Virus record (IMG/VR): IMGVR_UViG_3300012943_000010
Location: 1 to 51,419 of that record
DNA length: 51,419 bases
Source: a virus
Taxonomy: Duplodnaviria > Caudoviricetes
Direction: 5' to 3' (one strand)
Shown here one piece after another: positions 26,628 through 37,131 of this stretch. The notes under the pieces were generated by a model. The model was not told where the DNA came from. It searched no databases and saw nothing but the letters and a program-made list of their open reading frames with translations. The position numbers and the translations under genes are program-made. The stretch's first letter is position 1. The number at the start of each line of letters is the position of its first letter.

Positions 26628-27992
26628 TTAAGCGAAATATTCGAGCTGGATCAACGGCATGTCAACCCGAGCACCGAGGTTTATGTTCTGCTCTAAAGCA
26701 GCATCGTAGAGCAAAATGGTGTTGTTCCACAGCTTAAGGGAGTAGGAGGTTCCAGGGACAACATCGATAGTCGTCTCCCTTACCAGCTCGTGACTCAGTA
26801 TCTTTCCGATATACCCGGAAGCCACAATCGTCGGAGAGCTATAGTTGAAAGAAGTTCCGTTCCCGAGGGTATAGTTCCCCGAGTCGTCGTAACCCCATCC
26901 GTACAGGATACCGTCATCACCACCGGCAAAGATTACGCCGGCCTTAGTCCCACAGAGGGTAACGTAGCGACGGTTCCCTGACACAAGAGTCGGAGACGAT
27001 ACCGAGTTCGAACCAAGAGAGCCGTTTACATTCCCATCACCCCACCAGTAAAGCTGTCCGTCTTTCGTGATACCCGCTGCCGCACCGTTCTGCGCAGTAG
27101 TTGCGAGAGCCACGAACTTATATCCGCCGACTGTCTGCACCGGGCTCGAAGTGTTCGCGGTCGAGTTATTCCCGATCCGACCTCCACTGTTCTCTCCCCA
27201 ACCCCAGGCATTTCCATCGACATCGAGAGCCATCGGTCCGTTTCCGATACCGTAAAGCCTATAGAACTCAGTCGAGCCCGAGACGAGGTTTGGCGTACTG
27301 CGCTCGATAGTGGTCCCTGCTCCGAGACCTCCAAAGAAGTCGTAACCCCAGCTCAAGGCCACGTTGTCGTCCTGTCGGAGAGCCACGGAAAAACCGCTAT
27401 AGAGCTGGACTTGGCGGAAGGTTCCTCCGAACGAAATAGCAACCGGTGTCGACTTAGCAATGGTGGTTCCGTCTCCGAGTTCTCCGCTGGTGTTCGTACC
27501 CCAGACGTAAAGCTCTCCTCGGTCGGTGATACCCGCTGTCGAGCGGTCGCCAGCCGATACCTGCACCCACTTCCGGTTCCCGTTGACGACCAGTGTCGGA
27601 GTCGATTTATCGACGATCGTTCCGTCTCCGAGCTGTCCCTTATCGTTCCTTCCCCAGGTGTAAAGATCACCGAACTCATCGATAGCCGCGAAGTGCTGGT
27701 TGGATCCACCCGCGATCATCTTCCACTTCTTTTTCGTAGGTAAAAGGAAGGGGTTCGACTTCGTGACGACAGTCGCATCGCCGAGCTGTCCTCGTGATCC
27801 GGAACCCCACATATAGAGGTCTCCGTTCTGAGTGATAAGGCCCTGGGCGTTACCGTTCGACGAGTCCGAAGACGAGGCCATCTGTCCGACTCGAAGCTCG
27901 CGAAAGACCTTTACAGCGATCTTAGTAACGCCAGGAGGAACCGACCAATCAGAGTCATATTTAAAGCGCTTCGTGACTAGATTCTTTCCCAT
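26628..27992 (-). CDS. RCC1-repeat beta-propeller, putative receptor-binding tail protein
   Basis: About 7 repeats of G.LY.WG.N..GQLGDGT...KSTP; located after baseplate and fibre genes. Confidence 0.85.
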   Translation of the reverse strand: MGKNLVTKRFKYDSDWSVPPGVTKIAVKVFRELRVGQMASSSDSSNGNAQGLITQNGDLYMWGSGSRGQLGDATVVTKSNPFLLPTKKKWKMIAGGSNQHFAAIDEFGDLYTWGRNDKGQLGDGTIVDKSTPTLVVNGNRKWVQVSAGDRSTAGITDRGELYVWGTNTSGELGDGTTIAKSTPVAISFGGTFRQVQLYSGFSVALRQDDNVALSWGYDFFGGLGAGTTIERSTPNLVSGSTEFYRLYGIGNGPMALDVDGNAWGWGENSGGRIGNNSTANTSSPVQTVGGYKFVALATTAQNGAAAGITKDGQLYWWGDGNVNGSLGSNSVSSPTLVSGNRRYVTLCGTKAGVIFAGGDDGILYGWGYDDSGNYTLGNGTSFNYSSPTIVASGYIGKILSHELVRETTIDVVPGTSYSLKLWNNTILLYDAALEQNINLGARVDMPLIQLEYFA

Positions 27993-28004
27993 TTCATGCT
28001 CCTT

Positions 28005-29414
28005 TTAGACGATCCAGTAGTTGCGGCCGAGTACGTTATCTGCTTTGAAAGTCCACGCGCCGTAGTCGGCTTCGAGGTACATTCCGCCCTGTCCTTCGAT
28101 TTTCATCGTGGCGCCGTTCGAGACTCCTATCTGCACAGTAAGCCGAGAGAAGTTCCCACCAACGTCCTTGATCGTCCACTTCGCGTTCTTCACGTCCCCC
28201 GAGAACTGAGCAAGGTAAACGTAAGTCCCATCTGAGAGAGCCGAGAAGTCGCAGAGCAGAGTCTTTCCATCCCAAGTTGAATCGAAATACTGGAGTTCGT
28301 TCGCGTCGAGCAGAACACTCTCTCCGGAGAGGGCTCCAGGATCAGCGGTCACGACGTTACCTGGATGCCGAATGTCGAACACCTGGATATCGGATACTGT
28401 CGTCCCGTCCTCTCCCGCGAGGATCAGATGGCAGAGTCCCTTATATCCAGCCGGAGCATCCGCAAGGCCGTCGTTGATGTCGAAAAATACACCCGACTTC
28501 GAGTTATAAGAGAACGAAGGAGTCGGGTAAAAGACGAATATTTTATCGTCAACGCCCAGACAGACTGTCGCGAGTTGATACTTGCCGGCCTCTGGAATAA
28601 CAGGAGTAAACGTGTCGTCGTACCCTCCCGAAATAACGCCGGTCTCCATATCGACGAAGGTATCGACGTTCTGTGCACCGTTGAACGTGTCGCGAGGGAA
28701 AAGGGACTTCTTACCAGCCTTAATATAGGAAAAGCCGAGAGGCTTATTCCGGACGTTGGCCTGTCCCATGTACGTGATATCGCCCTGGATCGCGGGCTTA
28801 ATACCTATCGCTTTGTAGCTTGTTTTGTAGGGCCGGAGACGATCATCCCAGATGCCGTGTACGTCTAAACCAGTCGCGTTTTTCATCGGCATATCGCGGA
28901 TTGCGAAGTCGATGTCAGCGTTACCATCGAAGTTGAAACTAGGATTTAAATACACGCCACAGAGGATCACATCGTCAGCGCCCTTCGCAGGATACTCGGG
29001 AGTAAGGCTCTCGACTCCTCGGATACCAACGATCTCATAGCCCTGGAGGGCCTTTAGATTTACGGTCGAGTTCGGATCGATCGGAGAGGTTATCGGAGTC
29101 GTGTTCGTGATCTTAGGACGCATGACCAAGAGGGCTCTCTCGGGGAGAGATACTGGAGCAGTAAAGGAGTAATTCTGGAACGCGACGTGATACATAAGCT
29201 TCCCGGTCGGGGAGACCGCGATACCCGGATTTACTCGAACACCACGGCCCGAAGCTCGAAGACACCCGAGCCCGGTAAGGACAGCGGCGCCGTAGGCTCC
29301 TTCCATACTCCCGCGAGTCGTCGAAGCCATCGCGTCTTGAAAGGAGGTAAAGTCGTCTTGCGTCCACAGATAACGAAAGTAAAAATTATAGAAACTGATG
29401 CTAGAGTTGGCCAT
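28005..29414 (-). CDS. Putative tail fibre / baseplate-proximal fibre protein
   Basis: Position after the gp48-like gene; N-terminal GAAVLTGL...V.V.PG.A...G.L pattern. Confidence 0.6.
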   Translation of the reverse strand: MANSSISFYNFYFRYLWTQDDFTSFQDAMASTTRGSMEGAYGAAVLTGLGCLRASGRGVRVNPGIAVSPTGKLMYHVAFQNYSFTAPVSLPERALLVMRPKITNTTPITSPIDPNSTVNLKALQGYEIVGIRGVESLTPEYPAKGADDVILCGVYLNPSFNFDGNADIDFAIRDMPMKNATGLDVHGIWDDRLRPYKTSYKAIGIKPAIQGDITYMGQANVRNKPLGFSYIKAGKKSLFPRDTFNGAQNVDTFVDMETGVISGGYDDTFTPVIPEAGKYQLATVCLGVDDKIFVFYPTPSFSYNSKSGVFFDINDGLADAPAGYKGLCHLILAGEDGTTVSDIQVFDIRHPGNVVTADPGALSGESVLLDANELQYFDSTWDGKTLLCDFSALSDGTYVYLAQFSGDVKNAKWTIKDVGGNFSRLTVQIGVSNGATMKIEGQGGMYLEADYGAWTFKADNVLGRNYWIV

Positions 29415-29428
29415 ATCCGTTGCAACCT

Positions 29429-30115
29429 TTATACGACGTGGGTTTGGTTATCCGAAATCAAGTGTCCGGATCGAGCCGGTTCCGCTGGTATTAAAGCAGT
29501 ATCGAGAGCCTCGTACTCGGACGGACTGAGAGTGTATCCGAAGATTTTAACCTCGTAGGTATAAGCCTGCTTTTTCATACCGTCCCACACCTCCTGCGTA
29601 AGTCCGTAGTCCGCTGGATTGATGTCGCAAGCGCCATCACCCGTCACCGTAAGCATGTTGTAGTTGCCAAGATACGTGTTGTATCCGAGCAATGAAACAC
29701 CTAATTGCCATGCTCCAAACTCTCCACCCGAGCAGTTCCATTCGACGATTTCGACATCCTTATCGGAGCCGATAATACCGAGCACTGCTTCCTTAATATC
29801 ACCCTTCGTAATCCCTTTTTTCGCTCGAAGTTTAACCACAACACGGTCGCGGCGTTCAGCGAGAGACAGGGACGCAACGAGGGGGAAGCCGAAAGCGGTG
29901 ATTTCCCAATCGGTGATCCTCTCGTCGGAGGTCTGCGGCCAATAGTTCTCGTAGATCCGTTCGAGGTTCGCGTATCCAGTCGCTGCAACATCGGCCACCG
30001 AAGCCATATCGGCGGTCGAGAAGTAAGCCGACGCTGCTCCGTCAGGATAAACCCCCTCGGGAAGCTCCCGCTGGAGGAGCCGGTATATCTCGTTCCTATT
30101 CAGAAATTTAGGCAT
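29429..30115 (-). CDS. Baseplate wedge protein (Mu gp48/DUF2313-like)
   Basis: LLQRELP.G, P.T....ITDWE...G, ERRDRV..KL, EPAR. Confidence 0.8.
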   Translation of the reverse strand: MPKFLNRNEIYRLLQRELPEGVYPDGAASAYFSTADMASVADVAATGYANLERIYENYWPQTSDERITDWEITAFGFPLVASLSLAERRDRVVVKLRAKKGITKGDIKEAVLGIIGSDKDVEIVEWNCSGGEFGAWQLGVSLLGYNTYLGNYNMLTVTGDGACDINPADYGLTQEVWDGMKKQAYTYEVKIFGYTLSPSEYEALDTALIPAEPARSGHLISDNQTHVV

Positions 30116-30118
30116 CGC

Positions 30119-31321
30119 TCAACTCAATGTGATGACGTTAATCGTTCCAGGGAACGCGACTTGCGTCCCGAGGAGAGAGCGGTTTGCCCCTGTAACCGTA
30201 AGGTTTGCCACCTGTCTGTCGGTGATTATCTGCGCCTTTTCCCCGATAGCGTAAGGGCTCGCGGAGAGGTTTAGATCGATAACCTCCTCGATTTCGGCTG
30301 CGACAACGTACCCTGTGGCTCCGAACTTCCGGCCACCAGGAGGAGTCTTATAGATTGCGCGCTGCACTTCCCGGCGTACCAGCTCCTCCTGCGTCAGCGT
30401 CTGGCCCGAGTTTATCGTCGAGCCGTTGCCCTGGGCGTACCGAACCGAAACAACAACATCGACCGGCACCGAAGCGGGCTTTAGAACGTAGGCACAGTCG
30501 GTAAGGGGGTTCTGAGTCTCGATATACTCCTGCACACGCTCCACGAGGTCGTCAGAGGGTATCAGGATGATCGGATCACCGTTGTCTAGGGCCGAGTCTA
30601 TATCGGTCGTTCCAGCCGTGATCACGACGCCGACAGTTCCCAGACCGAAAGGGTATCGGGCCACGGTCGCAGAGGTCACAGCCGGATCAGCGTTGATGGC
30701 GAACTGTTGGTAGTCCGAGACCTTCCCTCCAGCGAGAGGGCTCCGTATCTGCGTCAGGACTCGGGCCGCTCCTTCGTCGGTGGACTCGATGTTCCGACCG
30801 TCCGATATATTCCCGTTGATAACCGAAGCCGTCGAAGCCACGCCAGCGGGAGGGCTCGGGATGGTAAGGACAGCTCCTTCGAGGAGGTTCTGGTTCTGGC
30901 CTGTCGCGAGAGACTGGACGGGTACGTTCGCCGTTGCCGCTGTTCCAAAGTTTATGGTCTCGGTCGCTGCGTAAAGGTTCCCGTTGGCTTCGTATTCGAG
31001 CTGCGTACCAGCCGGGAAGCTGGAGCCGGTGGCGCCGCTGAGTCGGACAGTTCCGATGGCCTGCGTTGCATCACGGAAGCCACTCCCGAAGTACGTTATC
31101 AGGGACTTTTCCAGACCTTCGCGTCGAGCCGACTGGGGGAAAGGATCGTTCGCGATACGTGCCTGATCCGCGTAAATACCGGAGACAACACCACCAACAA
31201 CCTGTCCGCGTATCCACCAATCGGAGTCGGTCTGGTCGGTGTTTACCTCGGGCTTTAAAGACTTTAAATGCTCAAGGTATTGGTCTGCGCACTGCTCCGG
31301 CGTCTTATAATTGAGGGCCAT
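30119..31321 (-). CDS. Baseplate J / Mu gp47-like
   Basis: FPQSA...L, A.GTV..SG..G, G.N.ES....RV, GG..SDY, R...GLGTV.V. Confidence 0.92.
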   Translation of the reverse strand: MALNYKTPEQCADQYLEHLKSLKPEVNTDQTDSDWWIRGQVVGGVVSGIYADQARIANDPFPQSARREGLEKSLITYFGSGFRDATQAIGTVRLSGATGSSFPAGTQLEYEANGNLYAATETINFGTAATANVPVQSLATGQNQNLLEGAVLTIPSPPAGVASTASVINGNISDGRNIESTDEGAARVLTQIRSPLAGGKVSDYQQFAINADPAVTSATVARYPFGLGTVGVVITAGTTDIDSALDNGDPIILIPSDDLVERVQEYIETQNPLTDCAYVLKPASVPVDVVVSVRYAQGNGSTINSGQTLTQEELVRREVQRAIYKTPPGGRKFGATGYVVAAEIEEVIDLNLSASPYAIGEKAQIITDRQVANLTVTGANRSLLGTQVAFPGTINVITLS

Positions 31322-31325
31322 TCCG

Positions 31326-31700
31326 TTATGCTCCGAGTGGGTTTAGGTTAAGTTCTTCTGCGGTTCCCTGCGCTGAAACGATCTTTATCTTAAGACCAAC
31401 TCCGTTCCGAGCTACTGCGTCGAAGTCTATATCGATCCGCTGCGCTCGCTGGTCGTCCGCGAGAGGCTGGAGACCTCGGGCCGCGATGTTCTCGACCGCG
31501 CTCGTGTCGGTGTTGGTCTGTCTCTTTTTCAGTCGAAAGAAGTCGGAACCGTAGTTCACATCGGGAGCATACATCCACTGCGTACGCTTCACCTTAAGCC
31601 GGTTATAAGCCGGTATTCTAAGGCTGTCGGTCTGCAACGGTGCGCCGCCGCGCATCACATAATCGCCAGTTCTCTCGTTGATGTCCCAGTTCTGTGCCAT
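31326..31700 (-). CDS. Mu gp46-like baseplate protein
   Basis: GDY, W.Y....YGS, LQPL..D.RA..I. Confidence 0.8.
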   Translation of the reverse strand: MAQNWDINERTGDYVMRGGAPLQTDSLRIPAYNRLKVKRTQWMYAPDVNYGSDFFRLKKRQTNTDTSAVENIAARGLQPLADDQRAQRIDIDFDAVARNGVGLKIKIVSAQGTAEELNLNPLGA

Positions 31701-31710
31701 GCTCTCTCCC

Positions 31711-31947
31711 TTACGTGATTTGAAGTGGTACCGGTGCCGCCGGCCCTGTCTGAGTCGCTGCCGAACCGCTCGTTACGATCGCGCTCGCAGGGATAATAAC
31801 CAGTCCGTTAGCCGTCAGATACTCGACGATAGCCTCTCCGATTGCAGCGCAGAACGGATCGAGGTCCGCTGACGCAGGAGCTTCGGCTTGCGTTGCGATT
31901 ATCTTTGCCTTGATGGCGTCTCCCATTCCTGCTCCGACTAAAGGCAT
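31711..31947 (-). CDS. Small baseplate/spike-associated protein
   Basis: Between spike and gp46-like genes; AI..AIVEYL..N, TSGSAATQTG. Confidence 0.6.
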   Translation of the reverse strand: MPLVGAGMGDAIKAKIIATQAEAPASADLDPFCAAIGEAIVEYLTANGLVIIPASAIVTSGSAATQTGPAAPVPLQIT

Positions 31948-32495
31948 TATCCGAACCCTCCTTCCTTCGTTGAGAGCAGAGTCGTCCCTGCTAGATCGTC
32001 TGTCTTAAGTTGCGTAAAGTCCGCGGCGTTCGAGGGAGGTGTACCCGGTGGACCGTGCGTGTGGATAACCAGCACATCGATAAGCTTACCGAGGAACGTA
32101 ATCACCTCGTCTCCCAGGAGCAGAGCGTATTTTTGGTCTCCCTTTACCACTCGAAGTCCATCGAGCATCGCACGGAGCTCGTACCCCTCCGAGGAATAAA
32201 TACCCGACTCTCCCTCCTCGACCTCGGGCCTTTTCGAGTCGCGATGGCCGAGAGTCATGCGGTTCGATGGATCCGCTCCGATCTTACCGATAACCGAAAG
32301 GACTCCCCGCTTAGCTCGCGACACAAAGCCGAAAGGGTGCATCACAGGACGCTCGGGTATCGAGGGAGAACCTGGATAAAGGTTCTCGATAGTCTCGGTC
32401 ATAGAAGTGTTTTCGCCTGCTTGACCGTTCTGAATAACGATAAGCTGACGTTGGATCTCTTCGCGAACCCACCGCTTTAAATCAGCATCATTCAT
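31947..32495 (-). CDS. Baseplate central spike (Mu gp45-like)
   Basis: HPFGFVS, RP...EGES.IY, C-terminal HTH metal-binding motif. Confidence 0.85.
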   Translation of the reverse strand: MNDADLKRWVREEIQRQLIVIQNGQAGENTSMTETIENLYPGSPSIPERPVMHPFGFVSRAKRGVLSVIGKIGADPSNRMTLGHRDSKRPEVEEGESGIYSSEGYELRAMLDGLRVVKGDQKYALLLGDEVITFLGKLIDVLVIHTHGPPGTPPSNAADFTQLKTDDLAGTTLLSTKEGGFG

Positions 32496-33778
32496 GGCGC
32501 TTTCACGTCAGAAACTATCGTTCCCAACTTACAAAAATAGAGGTTTGTGCGTTGGCCGCCCTTCTCCGTCAGCTCGTAATCACACTGGTATAGGTACATC
32601 TTTTCGTAGACGTTCCCCCGGTCGTACTCGATGAAGTAAATCGTATCGACAACGAAGGGCTCTCCGGCTTCGTTATAGTGGCCTGGAACTACGGCCTGGA
32701 CGATAAGCTCCTGCACGTTCCGACGAGCAAGCTCTCGCTTCGCGTAGGCTTCGAGGAGCTTCGATCCTCCGACCTTAATTGCGTTGATGTCCGAGAGCCC
32801 TTGAGGATCGGGAGCAGTCGGAGACGAGACAACGCAGCTTTTCGGAACCCTATGCCCAAGCTTAAAAAGCCGAGAAGGACGCTCGGCCGCATTCATCATG
32901 ACCTGCTCTTTCGGAACACGGTCGACCACTGTCTCCTGGCCCACCCAAATAGGAACCATCGCGTTAGGAATACTGGTCGCGCTCCTGGTCGCTCTCATCG
33001 ATAGGACGTTCGACAGACGCTTCGACTTCGAAAGGATCAGGGCTCCTCTCGGCTCCGAGGACATATCGGGCTTCCCAATGTTTAAAGCTCCATCGGCGGC
33101 CATCCAGGCAACGCAGTTTAGAGGCTCCAGGAAGCGCTGGAGGGCTGCGAGCTTGCTCTCCCCTGGTTCGGTGGCAAGAAGGTAAGTCGAGGACGGGAGA
33201 GAGCCCTTAGCGACTAAGCTCGTGATCCTGGTGTTATCGAGGAACTTCCGAACCCCGTTGATAACCGTGAAGGAGTTCGCCCATATCGGGCTGGAGTCCA
33301 TTGATACTGCGTCCTGATCCTCCAGTTGGGCCATCAGGTCGCGGCCCTGCACGAAGCCTCTCTCCCCCTGCTCGGCGTCGGTCTCGACCTCTAAAGTGTC
33401 GATAATACCAGTCGCAATCGTCACGCCGTTGGCACTGATAACCGCGAGGTCTCCGTCCTTTATCTGCTCGTAGAGAGGAGGTCCATCCGGAGCCACGAAC
33501 TCGAAGGAGAAGGAGTCCACTGGTATCAGAACCGAGCTGGTGAAGGTGTAGGAAAGGAACCGCGTAAGGTTTACGTTCGCGACCGAGAGCTGAGAGCCGA
33601 TAAGTCCCTCGGACGTGAGCTTCCCGCTCGCACTTTGTTTCTGCACGTTTTCGAGAGGCTTTACCGAGAGCGTGACCGGTGGGAAACGACCGTCCTGCTC
33701 GATGGTTTTACTTATCGAGAGGCCGCCGATTTTACCGAAGCTCGGAGTATCGTAGTTCGGAAAGATGCTTAAACTCAT
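32492..33778 (-). CDS. Baseplate hub (Mu gp44/P-like)
   Basis: D.FSF, TGIID, GRDLMAQL.D, EPGES, DGAL.IG, G.RT.L. Confidence 0.85.
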   Translation of the reverse strand: MSLSIFPNYDTPSFGKIGGLSISKTIEQDGRFPPVTLSVKPLENVQKQSASGKLTSEGLIGSQLSVANVNLTRFLSYTFTSSVLIPVDSFSFEFVAPDGPPLYEQIKDGDLAVISANGVTIATGIIDTLEVETDAEQGERGFVQGRDLMAQLEDQDAVSMDSSPIWANSFTVINGVRKFLDNTRITSLVAKGSLPSSTYLLATEPGESKLAALQRFLEPLNCVAWMAADGALNIGKPDMSSEPRGALILSKSKRLSNVLSMRATRSATSIPNAMVPIWVGQETVVDRVPKEQVMMNAAERPSRLFKLGHRVPKSCVVSSPTAPDPQGLSDINAIKVGGSKLLEAYAKRELARRNVQELIVQAVVPGHYNEAGEPFVVDTIYFIEYDRGNVYEKMYLYQCDYELTEKGGQRTNLYFCKLGTIVSDVKAP

Positions 33779-35136
33779 GACGATGGAATCCTTAAGACAG
33801 TGCCCGGCTCGATATAATTTATCGACGCAAGCTCGGGGTTAAGTATGTCCAACTCCTGCACACGGTTCGGAGAGAGACCGTTCAGAAAAGCCGCTTCTCT
33901 AAGGCTCATCACCCGCTTAACTGTGAAGGAAACGATACGCGCATTCGAGGACGCAGCGCCTTTTTCCAGCACGTCCTGAGTCAGTATTACGGTCTGTCTC
34001 ATCTCTAAAATCGTGTCGTAGAGTTCGAGAGCAGCGCCGTTTCCTTCGATTGCTTTTATGATCTGAGTGGCTTGGTCTCGAAGGGCCTGCACCTCCTTCG
34101 TCAGCTCGGTTATCGCGACAGCGATCAGAGTGGTCGAGGAAAGATCCGCGACAGGAATACCGTTGAAAGGATCGCTTATCGACCGCACGACAACGAAGTT
34201 CTCGTCGGCTGTGATCGCTGTCTGAGAGCCGATGGTGGTTCCGGTCGGTCTCCCCGTGACAGGATCGATACTCCCGAGAGTCGGAACCCGACCGTCAGAG
34301 GCTCCCCCGGCTGCGGAGGTAGCGATACCCGAGCCGCCGATGTTCTGGGGAAGCAGGGCCGGTATATCCGTGCTCGTCCCGTTCGAGTTAAAGGTCACAT
34401 TCATCCGGGTAAGGGTTCGAGCCGAGTCTCGTTTGTAAAGTGCCAGGTACGAGTTCACGAGGTTCTTAATACCCCGTGCCAGGAGGATCGCTCCCTCCAC
34501 TCGGGCGACAGCCCTATCGATGGCCTTAAAGACTTCGAGGGCTTTCGTCAGGCTCGACTTAACCGAACTGTCTCGGAGGGCGTTGATACTCCCCACGGTA
34601 AAGTTGTGCTCGGTAAAGACGATCCGGAGAGCCACGGCCTTGCGCTGGTCGTGCTGGTGGATATGGGAGACCTGCTCGACTACGCAATCGAGTTCCCCTC
34701 GGACTGGATGGATAAGCTTCCCTGGAGTCGGCTTATTAAACTCGTTAAGGAGCCGCTGGTATCCTTCCATATAGCGCGGCCCGTGGATCAGAGCATCGAC
34801 CTCGAAGGTCTCCCCCATCCGGCCTAAGTCGTCCGTGGTCTGTCCGTCTCGGTACGGGAAGGAATACTTGACCTTCCTTCGGCCCGAGAAGTCCGCGAAC
34901 CGAGAGACAGCTCCGTCCCACACCGTCTTTTCGTCGGGCTGCGGAGCGCCGTTGACAGCCGAGAAGGAGTTCGTCTTCGAGAGGTTAAAAACGTGGAACT
35001 TGACCCCGTTGAACGAAGCCTCTCGGATATCCCACTCTTTCGGATCGCGGCCACCGATAAGGCTATTAAAGCTCCCGAGAGCGCCCTGGGTGATCCGCGA
35101 AAAGTCCGCTAAGTCCGATATGTCAAACTTTGGCAT
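33775..35136 (-). CDS. Mu gp43-like DNA circularization/tail protein
   Basis: EASFNGVKF, GRR...Y.FPYRDG...DDLGR, PG.LIHP..G; LysM-like LNP..I.PG..L.IP end. Confidence 0.88.
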   Translation of the reverse strand: MPKFDISDLADFSRITQGALGSFNSLIGGRDPKEWDIREASFNGVKFHVFNLSKTNSFSAVNGAPQPDEKTVWDGAVSRFADFSGRRKVKYSFPYRDGQTTDDLGRMGETFEVDALIHGPRYMEGYQRLLNEFNKPTPGKLIHPVRGELDCVVEQVSHIHQHDQRKAVALRIVFTEHNFTVGSINALRDSSVKSSLTKALEVFKAIDRAVARVEGAILLARGIKNLVNSYLALYKRDSARTLTRMNVTFNSNGTSTDIPALLPQNIGGSGIATSAAGGASDGRVPTLGSIDPVTGRPTGTTIGSQTAITADENFVVVRSISDPFNGIPVADLSSTTLIAVAITELTKEVQALRDQATQIIKAIEGNGAALELYDTILEMRQTVILTQDVLEKGAASSNARIVSFTVKRVMSLREAAFLNGLSPNRVQELDILNPELASINYIEPGTVLRIPSS

Positions 35137-37049
35137 TAGTTCGATGCTCCCTGACTTGGTGATTTAGTCCGAGCCTTTAGGTTCGGCTCCTTCGTCTCGA
35201 TCACAATCCTAGTGGCGTTTCCTCCGAACGGGTTATTCGTAGGTTGGACGACGCTCGTTGTCTCTTTAACGGTCTTCTCTCGGATCGTTTCTTTATTTTC
35301 CTGGATCTTATCAGTCGGGACGAGTTTTTTTGCAGGAACTCCATCGACCTTCCCACCGTATTTGCGGTTATATTCTTTTTGGTCTAGTTCTTTCGACATA
35401 TCTCCGCCGATCATTTTATCCATGACGTACCCGATCCGGTCTCCCAGGTTCATCTCCATGCCGCCATAGTTCTGCTTTTCAGTGTTCTCCAGGGCTCCAT
35501 TGACGTAGGGCTCGATGATTTTACCGATACCGACTCCGACAAGAGCAGCAAGCCCGACCATACCTGCATTTTTGGCCATAGCAGCGGCTCCCCCTGCCGC
35601 TCCAGCAGCTCCTCCTGCGGCTCCGAGAGCATCACCGATACCTCCCCCACCGATTTCGGAAGCATTCGTGACGTAGACAGGGATGGTCTTTTCCCCAAGC
35701 ACAGCTTCGGCTCCGGCTGTCTTAGCAGCGGTAGTGGCCAGCCCTCCGATACCCATACCTTTCCCGACTCCCTTAAGCCCTTTACCAGCGAGAAGAGCGG
35801 CTAGGAGACCACCACCAGCAACGACAGCCGCAGAGCCAGCGGTCGATTCTGAGGTCGCTGAGAGAGCGTCTGTCGCGCCCTGGGTGATAGCGGCCAATGG
35901 AGTGGCTATAAGCTTTTTAAATTGGTTGAAGTTGGCCTTAAAAGCTTCGCTAAGGCCCTTTGTGTCACGGTATTGATCCTCTCGGGTGCCCTGGATACCC
36001 TTACCGGCTTGGAGAGCCTTACGAACTTCATCTAGGCTCTCTCGGAGCTTAACCAGACCTTCGGCCGCATCTTCGTCAATACCGGCTGTCGTAAGGCCCA
36101 TTCTAGGATCACCACCAGTCCTGGCGCTGACGCTATCGATAAATGAGGCAAGCTTATCGAGGTCGATACCCTTATCGCTGAAAAGATTTCCACCGCCCTG
36201 AGCATCGAGAGCCATGCGTTTAATCGGAGACATCGCAGCGTATTGCTCGAAATATTTCGTAGCATTAGGCCCTCCAACAGCGCCGACGGTCGCAAGGTTT
36301 GCCAGTCCTTCCGATCCGATCTTAGCTCGTAGGTCTTTCGGCATAGCGGTGAAAATCTTTTTCATCGCATCGATAGATTCGGTTGGTGTTTGGCCGGTGG
36401 AGACGAACACCTTTCGAAGAGACTCAGATAGGGCTCCAAGCTGCGCCTGATCATTTACATTCCCACCGCGAGCCTGAGTCACGTCGGCAAGACCTTTTGC
36501 GATCTGTCCTTCTTTACCGGATTCTTGAGAGATAGATGCCAGCATTCCAGCTTCGGCTGAATATGCCAGTATGTTCTCTTTTCCACGAACCCTTGTTTTT
36601 GAAAGACCGTCAAGCGTCCTGGATGCTACATCAGAACTCATTCCGATATCGCCAAGGCCCGACGTTATGAAGGACTGGAAAGAGGAGAACTGATCTTTTG
36701 CAATACCAAACGTAGTACCAAGCTTTCGGACTTTATCCGAAAGGGTAACGGTCTCTGTGATAGAGCCCTTAAATTGGTTCGAGAGTTTGAGGGAGTCGGA
36801 CACTGCGTTGATCGCAACGAGTGATTTGAAGTCGCCGCGAAGTTGATCCGCGACGCGACGAGAGAGGCTTCGGAGAGAACCGAAGAACGTATCGACCTTT
36901 TTCGTGTTGTCCTTAAGCCCGTCCTCGACACCTTTCCCGGTATCCTCGAACGTCTCTTGGACTTCCTTAGCGGCCTTTTTTACCTTCTCCAGCTCGTCGA
37001 TAATGGACTGTAAAGACGACCGGACTGATACCTGTACTGGATCGCTCAT
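35136..37049 (-). CDS. Tape measure protein
   Basis: 637 aa, helical Ala/Gly-rich, PVYVTN motif; between chaperone and gp43-like gene. Confidence 0.85.
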   Translation of the reverse strand: MSDPVQVSVRSSLQSIIDELEKVKKAAKEVQETFEDTGKGVEDGLKDNTKKVDTFFGSLRSLSRRVADQLRGDFKSLVAINAVSDSLKLSNQFKGSITETVTLSDKVRKLGTTFGIAKDQFSSFQSFITSGLGDIGMSSDVASRTLDGLSKTRVRGKENILAYSAEAGMLASISQESGKEGQIAKGLADVTQARGGNVNDQAQLGALSESLRKVFVSTGQTPTESIDAMKKIFTAMPKDLRAKIGSEGLANLATVGAVGGPNATKYFEQYAAMSPIKRMALDAQGGGNLFSDKGIDLDKLASFIDSVSARTGGDPRMGLTTAGIDEDAAEGLVKLRESLDEVRKALQAGKGIQGTREDQYRDTKGLSEAFKANFNQFKKLIATPLAAITQGATDALSATSESTAGSAAVVAGGGLLAALLAGKGLKGVGKGMGIGGLATTAAKTAGAEAVLGEKTIPVYVTNASEIGGGGIGDALGAAGGAAGAAGGAAAMAKNAGMVGLAALVGVGIGKIIEPYVNGALENTEKQNYGGMEMNLGDRIGYVMDKMIGGDMSKELDQKEYNRKYGGKVDGVPAKKLVPTDKIQENKETIREKTVKETTSVVQPTNNPFGGNATRIVIETKEPNLKARTKSPSQGASN

Positions 37050-37131
37050 GTGTGGGCTCCCTTGACCGATTGCCATTGAAGCTTACCGCTTACCACAGCA
37101 TGGGCAACCCACCAAACCACTTGGCCCGATG

